A DNA stretch of 64,000 bases from the human T2T-CHM13v2.0 reference genome, Homo sapiens: the NCBI RefSeq assembly GCF_009914755.1, contig NC_060928.1; one strand, given 5' to 3'. The notes under the pieces are model-generated. The model was not told the origin of the DNA and did not search any database. It worked only from the letters and a program-made list of their open reading frames with translations. The position numbers and the translations under genes were made by a program. Each line of letters begins with the position of its first letter. Position 1 is the first letter of the stretch. Positions 44,086-56,044 of the stretch are shown here, piece after piece.

Positions 44086-45265
44086 AGCTGCATGCTTTTT
44101 CTTATTCTTAGAATATAACCACTTGATTTACCTGAGGTATCCAACAATTCAAATTAATTATTTTTGCTGAGACTTTGTAACCAACAGCATTCCCACATCA
44201 AGGCTAGCATCCCGCAACCTACAAACTTACACTAATATTGTATAAACTAAGCCTGATTTCATTCAGTCAAACATGTCCTATTTCTTTGTGAGTACTGGTG
44301 GCAAGGATGTGCTCAGTGACCAAAGCCCACCTGAAGTACTAAGGTGATGACAAGGTTACTACACTTTGGACTGAGAGTTGTAGTCAGTTGATAGAGGAAA
44401 GTTACAACTTTTTGGCTTTAATGCCTTTTTCTTCCCCTCCCAGATACCTGTTGGTGGACAAAACATGCTAGAAATTACTCTTAGGTTTAGAATGCCACAT
44501 AGTGGGTTGAATTATTAAATTAGCTGTAGTTTATATTCGGTTTTTATCTTACCAGGAAAGAAGTCTTCCATGTTAATTTGCTTAAAAGTGAACATTTGAG
44601 GGGAAAATATAGACAAATCAGTAGCTCAGACACGACTGTATTCCCTACTCCCTAATAATTACTTATTAATTCCAAAATTTCCATATGGAATCTAGAAGTG
44701 TTTTCAGGTGGTTGTATAATAGTTCATAGTTACTCTAATTTTGATAAATAAACTTAGCAAAGAAAATTTCATTGCATGCATTTTTGCTACAATAGTTGAA
44801 AAAATATGAAAAGATTTATGATCTGCAAGGAAAATTCATCTGTGTTGCCAAGCAAGCAAATAAACAAGCAAATAAAACCTGCCTAATCACATGCTAAATT
44901 AATGAGTTTTTAAAAATTAAAGGAAACAAAAAATAGATTTGAGTTGTAAAAATGAATGCTATGAAATTATATGAGATAAATTTTGCTTCAAATGGATTTG
45001 ATCCAGAAATGTATTTCTAATGAAAAAATTCAATTAAAAAATGTTTTGTTTTGTTTTGCTTTCCTGTAAATGGGATTGCTAACAAAGCTTTAACTATTAT
45101 TTATTTAAAACTGCAAAAGCGTTTTTGATGTGTTATACTTTAAGTCCTGACCTTCCGGTTGAGGGAAAATTCTCACACAGATTTCAGTCAACTTGGCCGT
45201 CAGCTATGGAAATAATTGACAGAACTAGGCCTCACATACACAATTGGGTTGGGCATGGCACTTAC

Positions 45266-45601
45266 CTGCTTGATTTGTGGTTACATTTACAGACACATAC
45301 TGCCGGGCTCCTGGGCTCAAGTCGGACACTCCATTCACTGCCTCAATCTCAAAGGTATAGTTTGTGTGAGCGAGTAGATCCACCATCATGACAGAGGTGT
45401 TTTTCAGGCCGCTTTGCCGGGGAAGGTACCTGACATGACCGCCACACTCCTCACACACACCTGCATGGGAGTTGCACTTCTTGCATGCAATATAATATGA
45501 CACGTCTTTCCTTCCACCAGTGTCAGCAGGCGGAATCCATTCCAGAAAGACACTAGTTTCATTAACATTTGAGATGGCATTCCGAGGAGCAGAGGGGGGT
45601 C
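45266..45601 (-). CDS. EPHA5: EPHA5 coding exon (exon 5), first fibronectin type III domain
   Basis: Minus strand gtaaaccag|GA CCC CCC TCT ... AAT CAA GCA G|gtaagt; 336 bp, phase 1-1; in frame with exon 4 (A|GA=Arg): [112 protein letters not shown]. Confidence 0.96.
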
Positions 45602-47092
45602 CTGGTTTACAAAGTAAAGTAAGAAAAACATATTTTAAGATGGTATTAATTAGGCATTATTTATCACACCAATTCCTGGTCTGAAGGAAAAAATAGATTT
45701 GCAATAAGTCCTTTAAGTCATAATTTGTAGTTTTGTTTTCATAATTTTGTAGGGACAATAGTGGGGTTTATTCCCTATGGAAATGACTTATCTTGGCATT
45801 GTTATAACACTAGTTCAGTAAAAGCAGAACGTTTTGCTTCATGTATATGTAAACAATTATGGAGTAAAACTATGTATGCACAAATATTATAAGATAAAAT
45901 TAAAATTATATATTTATAAACTGGTGAGTTTCCTTGGGGATTGAACTGAATGTTTCCTCATTGGTGCTAATCCCTGCAACCTACAAAGTAAACACAAAGT
46001 ACCTACTAAGAAACAAGCATAGGAAAATACAGAATTTTCAGCGTAGCTCCTGACTACAAATGTTGTAAGTAAAAAAAAAAAAAACCTTAGCATGCTTCAA
46101 AATAGATTGCATATCTAGTTGCTAAATCACCAACAGAATTTGAAACCCCCTACTGTATATCAAAAAAGCATTAGAATTTAAGTAAATGGTCAAAATTACA
46201 ATTTGCAGTAAAACATATTTTACTTTGATATTGTTTTTATATTACAGTTCTGCAAGTTGTGAATTTTATTTAATTGAAAATCTAAAATTTATTTTAAAAA
46301 TAACCCTGAAAAGGACTACAATAGGATGAATAAAAGCGTTCAGATTTTGAAGGATCAATAGAATAAATTTCAACCTCTAATAACCTACCAAAATAAGAAA
46401 AGAAATAGATTTAACACAAATATTTTCATAGAATCATAACATATTAACTACGAATAGCTTTCAGGAGTGAAACTTCCTAACTTCATGAAGTATTTCTTGT
46501 ACACTTTATTTTTTGTATATACCTTAATGGAAACTGGGTGTAGCTTTTAAAATATATTTTATATTCAGAATCATCTTATTTCAATAAGATGGAATATTTC
46601 CACTAAAATATGAGTAATGAAATCCATGATCAGAATTGCTTTATGAATTTCATATATTAAGGGTAACCATATCTTATTTGTATATTATTTTAATTATTCC
46701 TGAACTTGATTAGAATAATAGAGAGAACAAAAATTAATTAGGTAATTTCTAACACTAGAGTCAATGTTTAGATATTTAGTTAAAACTTCAGTCAGCTGTT
46801 AATGTTATATTATTGGATAATCTCAAAGAAAAAACACATTTATATTTGTTCCAGAGACAATTTGGACATCTCTCCTTACAGAGAATAAAATGGAGTATGG
46901 TGGTAGTTGAATGGTTCATAAGCATAATTAAGCTACTTAGGATGATCTGTTATCCTAATATGCATTGTCTGTTCTAAATATCAAAATTGACAATTTTTAA
47001 CTAACATTTATTAAGTCATGACTTTTGAGGGATTGTTTTAAAAGTGGTAAGAAAGCTAATTGGCATTTAAGATTTAGCTGGATAGAATGTCA

Positions 47093-47390
<298 letters not shown>

Positions 47391-47562
47391 AAAAGAACCC
47401 CTTAACTAAAAAACTTGACATCTTTGCAAAAAAAAAAAAAAAAAAAAAAAATCCCCACCTTGACCATGTTTGAATCCTATGAATTTTGTCATACCGGCCA
47501 TCTCACATACTTCAATATAAAACAGTCCCCTTTAAGTTGAAATAATGTCTTAAAATGGAAAT

Positions 47563-47728
47563 ATCCAGTCTATCAATGATGGGCATTTGGATTGTATTTG
47601 CTTTGCTTTACTATCGTAAACAGTGCTGCAATAAACATACTTGTGCATGTGTCTTTATAGTAGAATGATTTATAATCCTTTGGGTATATACCCAGTAATG
47701 GGATTGCTGGGTTAAATGGTATTTCTGG
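47563..47728 (-). mobile_element. Internal L1PA ORF2 fragment without 3-prime UTR or tail
   Basis: atccagtctatc...gggtatatacccagtaatgggattgctggg, homologous to 38132-38293. Confidence 0.85.
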
Positions 47729-49835
47729 AAATACACGTGTTCTTGTTTACTATAAACTTTAGCTTATTTAATAGTACAAAGTTATAGACAAAATGAAATT
47801 TAAGATAAAAAATTACAGGATTAACCTCTGAGAAATATCTCTAAGTTAGAACAATGTCAAACTTCTGTTTTGTTTTGTTTTGTTTTTTAATTTCTGCCAA
47901 CTGAAAAATCCTTGCATTTAACACATTTCCTCTAAATCTATAAGAATGCATCAGCAGCTGAATCCTCCTTTTCTTCTGACTCTTCTACTAACAGCTAGGA
48001 TGGGGGCACAAGCAGCTTTAAAGTCAAAAGGAAACTCAAACTCAAGTGAAACCCTAAAATAGAGGTAAAAAGTGGAAGCTCGAACTAACACGCACCTACA
48101 AAAAACATATAATAAAATTCCTCTGCCCCAATCATAGATATGATGCGTCAACCAAAGTAGAACTGTGAGACTAACCTTTAATTTAAGCAGATTCATCAGG
48201 ATTTTAGGTTTTATTTTTGTTTGATTTTTTCCTGTAGGCTTATAAAATGTTGTTATATAGATTTAAAAACTTTGTATATTCTAGAAAAAAAATTTGAAGT
48301 TGGAGCTATAAATTCAATTCCAAAGAGCCAAAGGCAAAGTGAAGCTCAAGATCTTCATCTGAACATCTATCAGGCGATAAGGAAATCATATGCAGTATTT
48401 GTGGTATTATGAATGCAACTAAAAACATACACACACACTCATAGATTATGTATTAGAAAGATCTTATACATAAGTCCTAATTTTTTAAATTTAATTTTAT
48501 TTTACTTTTAGAAATGCATACAAATTAGTGCTCATTTGACAACACAGTATTAGAAATTCACACACCTGGAAACTGAGAAATGTGAAGCCTGACTGTGGGC
48601 TTTGGTCCTAAAAAAGTGCTAAGCAGTCCTTGCCACCAAAGTACAGCTTCCCCCCTCACGCCCCACCCCCATTTCCAATCCTAACAAATTTGCAGAAAGG
48701 GAGGCTCACATTTATGCTGAAAAAAAAAGAAAGATAATGGGTAGACCACTTAAAGAAAATAACAATTAGAAAATTAATAAAATTTGAAAGATAATTTAAA
48801 ACATGGTTTTCTCTTTAATTTACCACTCTGTTGCCTAGCCAACATTTTCCCTATTTGGGCATTCATTTGCTCTCATAAGCAAAATAATTATTGAAATCTC
48901 CACTGGAACCAAAATTCATCACATCCAATCATAGTTTATATCTTCTCCATTGATATGTATCCTTACAAAAGAGCATATAAAAATTGCATTTATTCATTTG
49001 AAGAGGAAATTATTTTTCACTAGTAATCATCTAACCCATGAAATCATCAGCTTTGGGATAAAAGAATGGTCTTCAGAATGTAAAGCTAATTAATAGCAAT
49101 GATTTAAGGAAATCTGAAAACATGTTTCACTGACACTATGAAATTTAGACACTATGAAATTCAGATAAAATTTCAATTTGTGATTATTTGATAACAAAAA
49201 ATCTTCACTGCTTCTTTAAATTTAGAGACGGATACTAATATTTCAAATTTTTGTGAACAACTTTGAAAGCAGCTACAACTTTCTGGGACCTAAAATAGTA
49301 AATCCAGGCAGTTCATGGAAATTAAACAATATGAGGAGAGAGGGATTCACTTCCCTTCTCTTTAATTTTCTGTTTTTGCTTGATTTGCTACAGAGACTTT
49401 CTTATGGAAAAACTCTGAAAGTATTGTCATCAAGCAAACAAATGCACAAATGTGTTACATTCTCAGAAATATATGGAAAACCAAATATACGGAAAACTAA
49501 AAATGTTGAAAGATGTGGCTATATCTACTGCAAATGTCAGAATTAAATGTTTACTATTCATCTACTCTACTTATGATCAGCAAATATATTAAATAATAGT
49601 TAAGGACACTCACTAACAAGAAACATGACAGCTGCTTGAGAACCCTAGCAAAAAAATTGGTGTATGTATGACTCTGATCTGATTTAAATCTTGTTTGCCA
49701 CTCCCAGTTCTCTATGTTCCTGAAATATTTCCTGTGTTCTTTTATAAATGACTTCTTAGTGGCTTTATTGGGGCAGTTTAGAACAAGATGGTGAAGGCTC
49801 CATCAGCTACATAATTATGTGATGGGAAAACTGGC

Positions 49836-49930
49836 AGAGAAAGAGGAAGAAGAAGAAGAGGAGGAGGAGGAAGAGGAAGAAGAGGAAGGAAGAAGAAAGA
49901 AGAAGAGGAAGAGGAGGAAGGAAGAAGAGG
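49836..49930. repeat. (GAA/GAG)n purine tract (polypyrimidine on the EPHA5 strand)
   Basis: Directly visible uninterrupted A/G run. Confidence 0.95.
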
Positions 49931-50269
49931 TTTTAATGTAAACTGGGAAGTAGATTATCAAAGTCATGTTTAGCTAGCATGAACACTGAAATAAGCCACA
50001 AAATAAAAGAAAATATTCTATATCTGTGTCTCAGCTGTTGAATTTGAAGTTAGGGAAAATGGATACTTCTAACAATGAGTGATAAAAAGAGACTCAAATT
50101 TTTCAGTGCTTATTCAAGGAGATTGAAAATTGGTGAAAACTGTATAGAGATGATTAAACATTATGTCTGTTTTAGGGGGAAATGTTACTAGACTATAACA
50201 GGCTCCATCATGCTGTTTCCTCAAAACTGGTTAAAGTTAGCACCACCAAATATCCGTGGGTTTCCTTAC

Positions 50270-50425
50270 TTGTGCATGCCATTGTGGGTGGATCAGACTC
50301 TCTCCTGAAATAATCCTTTTCACAGACACAAGAGGTTGAAGCTTCCTCATGGGTATAACTGTGAGGTGGACATTTGCCGCAGCTCTGGATGTGAGGTGAG
50401 GCTTTGAAGAACCCAGGTCTGCACA
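50270..50425 (-). CDS. EPHA5: EPHA5 coding exon (exon 4), end of cysteine-rich/EGF-like region
   Basis: Minus strand tttgacag|TG TGC AGA CCT ... GCA TGC ACA A|gtaagg; 156 bp, phase 1-1; encodes (V)CRPGFFKASPHIQSCGKCPPHSYTHEEASTSCVCEKDYFRRESDPPTMACT, recognised as EphA5. Confidence 0.96.
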
Positions 50426-51114
50426 CTGTCAAAAGAAATAAGAGACTAAGCTTTTCCCTGGAACAGATGCAGTGTTTGTTTTGTGAATAATGTCATTATT
50501 TTGACTTGTATATGCAGATTACAGATAACACAATCTTTGCATCAATTTCAAGAAGTTTTCATAAGCTTCTGGATCATAAATACCAGGCTATTCATTCAAA
50601 TAATCAAATATTTATTTAAAGTACTTAAACATTTATGGAATGTACATACTTGTAATGATTTTTATGCTACAGGAGCTTATAAGGAATTATATTGATAAAA
50701 GGCAAATATTTTTATGTATTTAAAACTGAAGCAGTGCTTTGTGTATAGTTTTCACTTACTCTATCATTACTACAACTATGTTGAAGAAATAAATATTATT
50801 CCATGTACTGCTAAAATGGTATGATACAAAGTAGGCACTCAAAATTGTGTTATTGAATAATAAATTAATTAATTAGTATGTGCTAAATGCCTCATGAATT
50901 CTGTTAGATTGGGGAGAATGCATAGATGACCTGATATATCAACTGTATTATTTTTATTTTAAGGGAGTCACATTTTTGACATTTGTTTTACATTTACTTC
51001 ATTTTAGAACTTTTCTTTGAGACACCTACTGATTCAACATTTATCTATTCTAATATCAGTAAGGCTTATTTACTATACAAATTATAATGATTTCTTAAGC
51101 TCAAACATTATGTC

Positions 51115-51640
51115 TTTTTTTTTATTATACTTTAAGTTTTAGGGTACATGTGCACAATGTGCAGGTTAGTTACATATGTATACATGTGCCATGCTGGTGC
51201 GCTGCACCCACTAACTCGTCATCTAGCATTAGGTATATCTCCCAATGCTATCCCTCCCCCCTCCCCCCACCCCACCACAGGCCCCAGAGTGTGATATTCC
51301 CCTTCCTGTGTCCATGTGATCTCATTGTTCAATTCCCACTTATGAGTGAGAACATGTGGTGTTTGGTTTTTTGTTCTTGCGATAGTTTACTGAGAATGAT
51401 GATTTCCAATTTCATCCATGTCCCTACAAAGGACATGAACTCATCATTTTTTATGGCTGCATAGTATTCCATGGTGTATATGTGCCACATTTTCTTAATC
51501 CAGTCTATCATTGTTGGACATTTGGGTTGGTTCCAAGTCTTTGCTATTGTGAATAATGCCGCAATAAACATACGTGTGCATGTGTCTTTAGAGAAGCATG
51601 ATTTACAGTCCTTTGGGTACATACCCAGTAATGGGATGGC
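51115..51640 (-). mobile_element. Young L1PA2/3-type 3-prime fragment
   Basis: caggttagttac and cactaactcgtcatctagc (GAG rather than the Ta-diagnostic ACA); ORF 51329-51622 is ORF2 C-terminus; short TSD ttatg(t/c)ctt. Confidence 0.94.
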
Positions 51641-52709
51641 TTATGCCTTATTCAGTTTTGCACTTACTTTTTCCAGTGTTTGACCACAAAAGGCGTTCAA
51701 AGAGTTCTATGAAATGTGTGAATGAATGAATGGATTGGCATGAATATTATAACAACTATTTAGAATCACATAAAGAAAGTGTTTTCTGATATTTCTATGA
51801 GCATTTCTAAGCTTATCATCAGGTAAATGCGCATGAAGTAAATCTTTTTATTCTGTGGATTTTCTACATGTTCATATTATTCTTATTTCTCACTGGCTAA
51901 TAAAGCCAAACTTTAATATGCTAATTGCTCAGTATGGGTCAGTCGAAGACTACCAAACTGATGGTTTGAGTGCTTTGTACAGCTTACTTTAAATAAAGCT
52001 AATCAACTACTTTTTTCTATTTTCAAAGCTCACTACATATACTGAAGTATGACGCATATTTGCTGAAGCTCAAAGGTGAACTTGTATTTCAGTAGAAATT
52101 TCTGATAGACTAAATGAACTGGGGCCAACTTTCATATTCTATAAATGATTTCATGTTTTAGTAATCCATGCTAAGGCTCTCTGCCATCACCATGAATAAT
52201 CAGGAATTGGCAAAATTGAGAAGGTACTCTTTTCAGTAGATCTAATTATAGTGATAGTAAAGCCTTAATGCTCTTATAAATTCTGAGAAAATGTGAAGGT
52301 ATTTGAAAGATAAAAAGAGCTTTTTGATAGTATTAGGGACATTCTTGTAGTTAAATGATTAGGAGAAGATTTAAAATATTATTTTTCTTATAATAGGATT
52401 GCTATAGCAGCTTATGCCATACTTAGCTAAGTTATTCAATTTTTCTTCTTTTATCCTTTTAGTAAAACCATTCTCACTTTAAACACTATTTGCTTTCAAA
52501 GACATGAAGTGTCAATTCATATGTTCTAAGTATTTGGAATTCATTTACCATTCATGAAACAAAAGTCATTTCTTTTCTTTTTAATGAATGCCTCTTAACT
52601 TAAACACTTTATATTATATCACATATAACACTGCTGTTCAAACCCCAAAGGGAGCTTTGGAAATATAAAATAATATAAATCGAAGTAAAAAGTAGATAAA
52701 TGTATCTTT

Positions 52710-53700
52710 CTGTTCAGTTCAATAAGATGTTTTCAGCAGGTATAGTGGGCCAGTAACTCTACTTGAACTGGCTTCAGAGGTAAATGTGATAGACACAGCC
52801 TTGCCTTTATGAATCTTAAAGGTAGTCCATAAATATTATAAATATTACTACACCAGGAAAAGAAAAAGGAGCTATAGCAGTAAACATAGATACCCAATTT
52901 AATCTAGATTATTAAAGGAGATTTCCCTCAGGAAGCTGAGTCTCTGCTTATATTTGAAAGATTATGAAAATGATTTAATTTGAGTTAAAGTGTATCCGTA
53001 CCTTAAAGGGAGAAATCCTTGCAAAGGACCACATGAGGTGGAGAACAAATAGCGAAATGGAAGATACTAAAGAATTGATCAAGAAGATAGTCAGAATAAA
53101 GTGGAAGAGTCAAGTTTATACAGGACAGAGGGCACCAGGCCACAAAAACCTTACATATTTTATTAGATATTTGGTACTTTATTTTATAGGCAAAGGGAGG
53201 TCATTGGAAAGTTCCCCTCACCCCAGCTTTATTAAGGTTTAACTGACAAATGAAAATTGTATATTTTCACAGTAACTGCAAAGTTATTAAGCCAAGGAAT
53301 AATGAGATCAAAGTAGTGTTTATGAGATCATTACACAGCAGCCTGGGTAAAAAAGCAAGATCAGAGGCAAATAGCTCTTTTGTTTCTATTGCATTGGTCC
53401 AGAAAGAGACAATGTCACTTAACCAGAGTGGTTCCAGTAGTGATCAATAAAACGAGGGGAATTCAAGAAATGAGAATGGGGTAAAATCAACTAGGTTTCA
53501 TGATGTATTTAATGGGTTAGATGACTTAGTGGAAAATCGTAAGAGTGACTGTAAGGTATTTGGCTTAAACTTTACAGAAAATACTGGTGCCATTTTCTCA
53601 GAGAACAGGACATGAAATGTGTTGGAGAAGATAATGAGTAATATGTAAGGCATTATTTAATTTGAGGTGGTTGAAGTAATGCAAATAGATGTTTAGAGAG
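52710..53700 (-). mobile_element. L2 LINE fragment
   Basis: ccttgcctttatgaatctta, ataggcaaagggaggtcattggaaag and ggtgccattttctcagaga. Confidence 0.6.
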
Positions 53701-53799
53701 AAAAAAAACCTGTGTGGTTCAATATTATCCAAGAAAAATGTCATAAACTGTAATTATTCATCACCTTCAAATCATGACCCTAAATTCCAAGGGGTCATA

Positions 53800-54420
53800 G
53801 TACCCTGCTAGACAAACTTATATTATTCCCTTAGTTAACTTCATTTCCAACATCAACAGGATTTTCTTGTAGCATCTCCTGTTCCTTCAAGCTCCTTATG
53901 AGCTCTGTTTCTGTTACTATCAGCTGATACAGTCATTTGTCTTGAGAAAATAAAAGTTGTCAGAAGGAAACTTTCTCATTTTCCTACCATCAAATCTCCA
54001 AACCTATATGTCATGGTACCCATCTTCTCTACCTTTATTTCTATCAAAATAGAATAAAATGTATCCTTCTTCATATCAAATAAAATTATCTGTATTTGAA
54101 TTAGGAACCCCCACTCTGCTCTCTGAGGTGAAGCTTCCAAGTAGCTACAATTCTTTTAAGATGCTCAAAAACAAAGCAAAACAAAACAAACAACAAAACT
54201 ATCAATCTCACATGATTCCAATTTTCCCAGTTTTATTCCACTTTCAGGATATGATTTCTTAAATTATTTTCCATATATACATCTGTAGTTCCTCATTCTA
54301 AATCACATGATGACTCACTCCACTCCATTGATACCTCTCAATGAAAACTATTTTTGTTAAGATTGCAGTTACTTTCTTGCCGTACTCACTTCTCAGCAAT
54401 ATTTGACATGCCCTCTTTTA
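53800..54420 (+). mobile_element. L2 LINE internal fragment
   Basis: gagaaaataaaagttgtcagaaggaaactttctca and tctcagcaatatttgaca. Confidence 0.5.
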
Positions 54421-56044
54421 GGAAACTCCAGATATTTTCATTACAAAATGCTAGCATAGCCTACAAGTTTCCAAGTAATATTTAAAAACTCTTTAAAGGC
54501 AGTCTCCTACCATACTCATTGTCTCCATCCATCTACTTATTTCCTGTATTTGAGAAACTTTTCTTCTGCCTCTGAACACTGTAGGAAAAGCATTCTGGGC
54601 CAAAAGACAAGACATGTAAATAAATAAATGTATAATCTTTTTTTTTTTTTTGAAAAAGCTTGTAGTCCACGATAAGAGATTTGAATTTAATCTGAAACAA
54701 TTTGGAAGACACTGAAGATATAATTCGTTTTTTGAGTCCACACTTTCTGTCAAGAACTGTGACAAAACATGTTTGAGTTGTGTGAGGAAAAAAATGTTCT
54801 TCACACCCATGAAGATACAAGTGTATTTCATGGGTGGAATAATAAATAATAATAATGAACAAACAATGATAGAGGCAAAATTGATATTTTACATTTTAAT
54901 CATGATAATATTTAAGAAATAATTATCTAGATAAGTAGTACAATTTATTTAAATACCAATCCAAAATGGTTTATTAAAAATAAACGAAGCTTCTGGAGCA
55001 AACTTGTTTCATATGATGTCTGTACATTACCTAAATATCATTTAGAAAACATTATGCCAGTCATTTAAGTTGAGCAAAGAGTAGAAGACAAAAAATGCAC
55101 CCATATTGACATGTTTCATGAGACTATTGTGACAAACTCCTGGGGGAAAGAAAATTATGTTTAAGAATTATTTCTACCCATGCTTGAAGGCTCGTTTTTT
55201 AAATGCAACCATTTCCATAGTATATATGCTAATCTGCAAGAATACATGTTGTTTCCCCACTTATCCTTTAAACCTTTGAGCCATATATTTAGCACCTATT
55301 TAGAAATTTGCTGTATAATCTTATGAGAAATTGTTTAAAGATTCTCAAAATTACCAAAAAAAAAAATTAAACTGACAAATTGCATCGATTTTTTGCCATA
55401 TTTTCAATTAAATTTCTTTTAATGTCTCCAATATATTTTACCCTTAAAGAGCTATTAACCTTGGGATAACTAAGTATATTCACTTCATAATTCAAAGTCA
55501 ATACTCCAGAAATATGGCCCACCAAGAAAATGTTTTAAAAATATTAATATATATAATAATTACTGTTTTAATACTTTAAAATACTATACTTCTTTCCATT
55601 ACAATTAAAATATACAGCCATATATGTGTGCGTATATATATATATATATGCATACTATACATATAAAGGAAATTGAGTTAAAAAGGCACAGACTATCGTT
55701 GTTTGCAGTGTACAAGATATAATTAACTTTCAAAAGCATTGCTGGCCTTATCTAAGTATGTTTTATTGAGAAAGAAAATCACTATGAACAAGATTTATTC
55801 CCATAGCTCTATCATATGTGAATTATCAGAGGATATAAGCTAAGCTAAGTGAATTATATTTATTTAATACATTTTTCAAAATAAGGTACTCAGAAGATAG
55901 TTTAGTGTGGGTTTAAAATATGTGTTTGCTAAGAAAAACAAAATGCTATAAGGGAATTAAAACTCAAAACATGTCATATTTTATATAGTATAAATATTAT
56001 TGCTTATACCAAAATTTAACATTAACAGCATTTTATCTTCATAT

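Noticed and set aside
45404-45631. 75-aa minus-strand ORF overlapping exon 5
   Set aside because: Alternative frame of the real exon; the EphA5 frame is set by the splice phase from exon 4.
50208-50269. Exon 4 read-through tail SKETHGYLVVLTLTSFEETA
   Set aside because: Donor is a good consensus (A|gtaagg) and I see no canonical AATAAA until about 440 nt past the stop; the spliced cryptic exon is the better-supported hypothesis.
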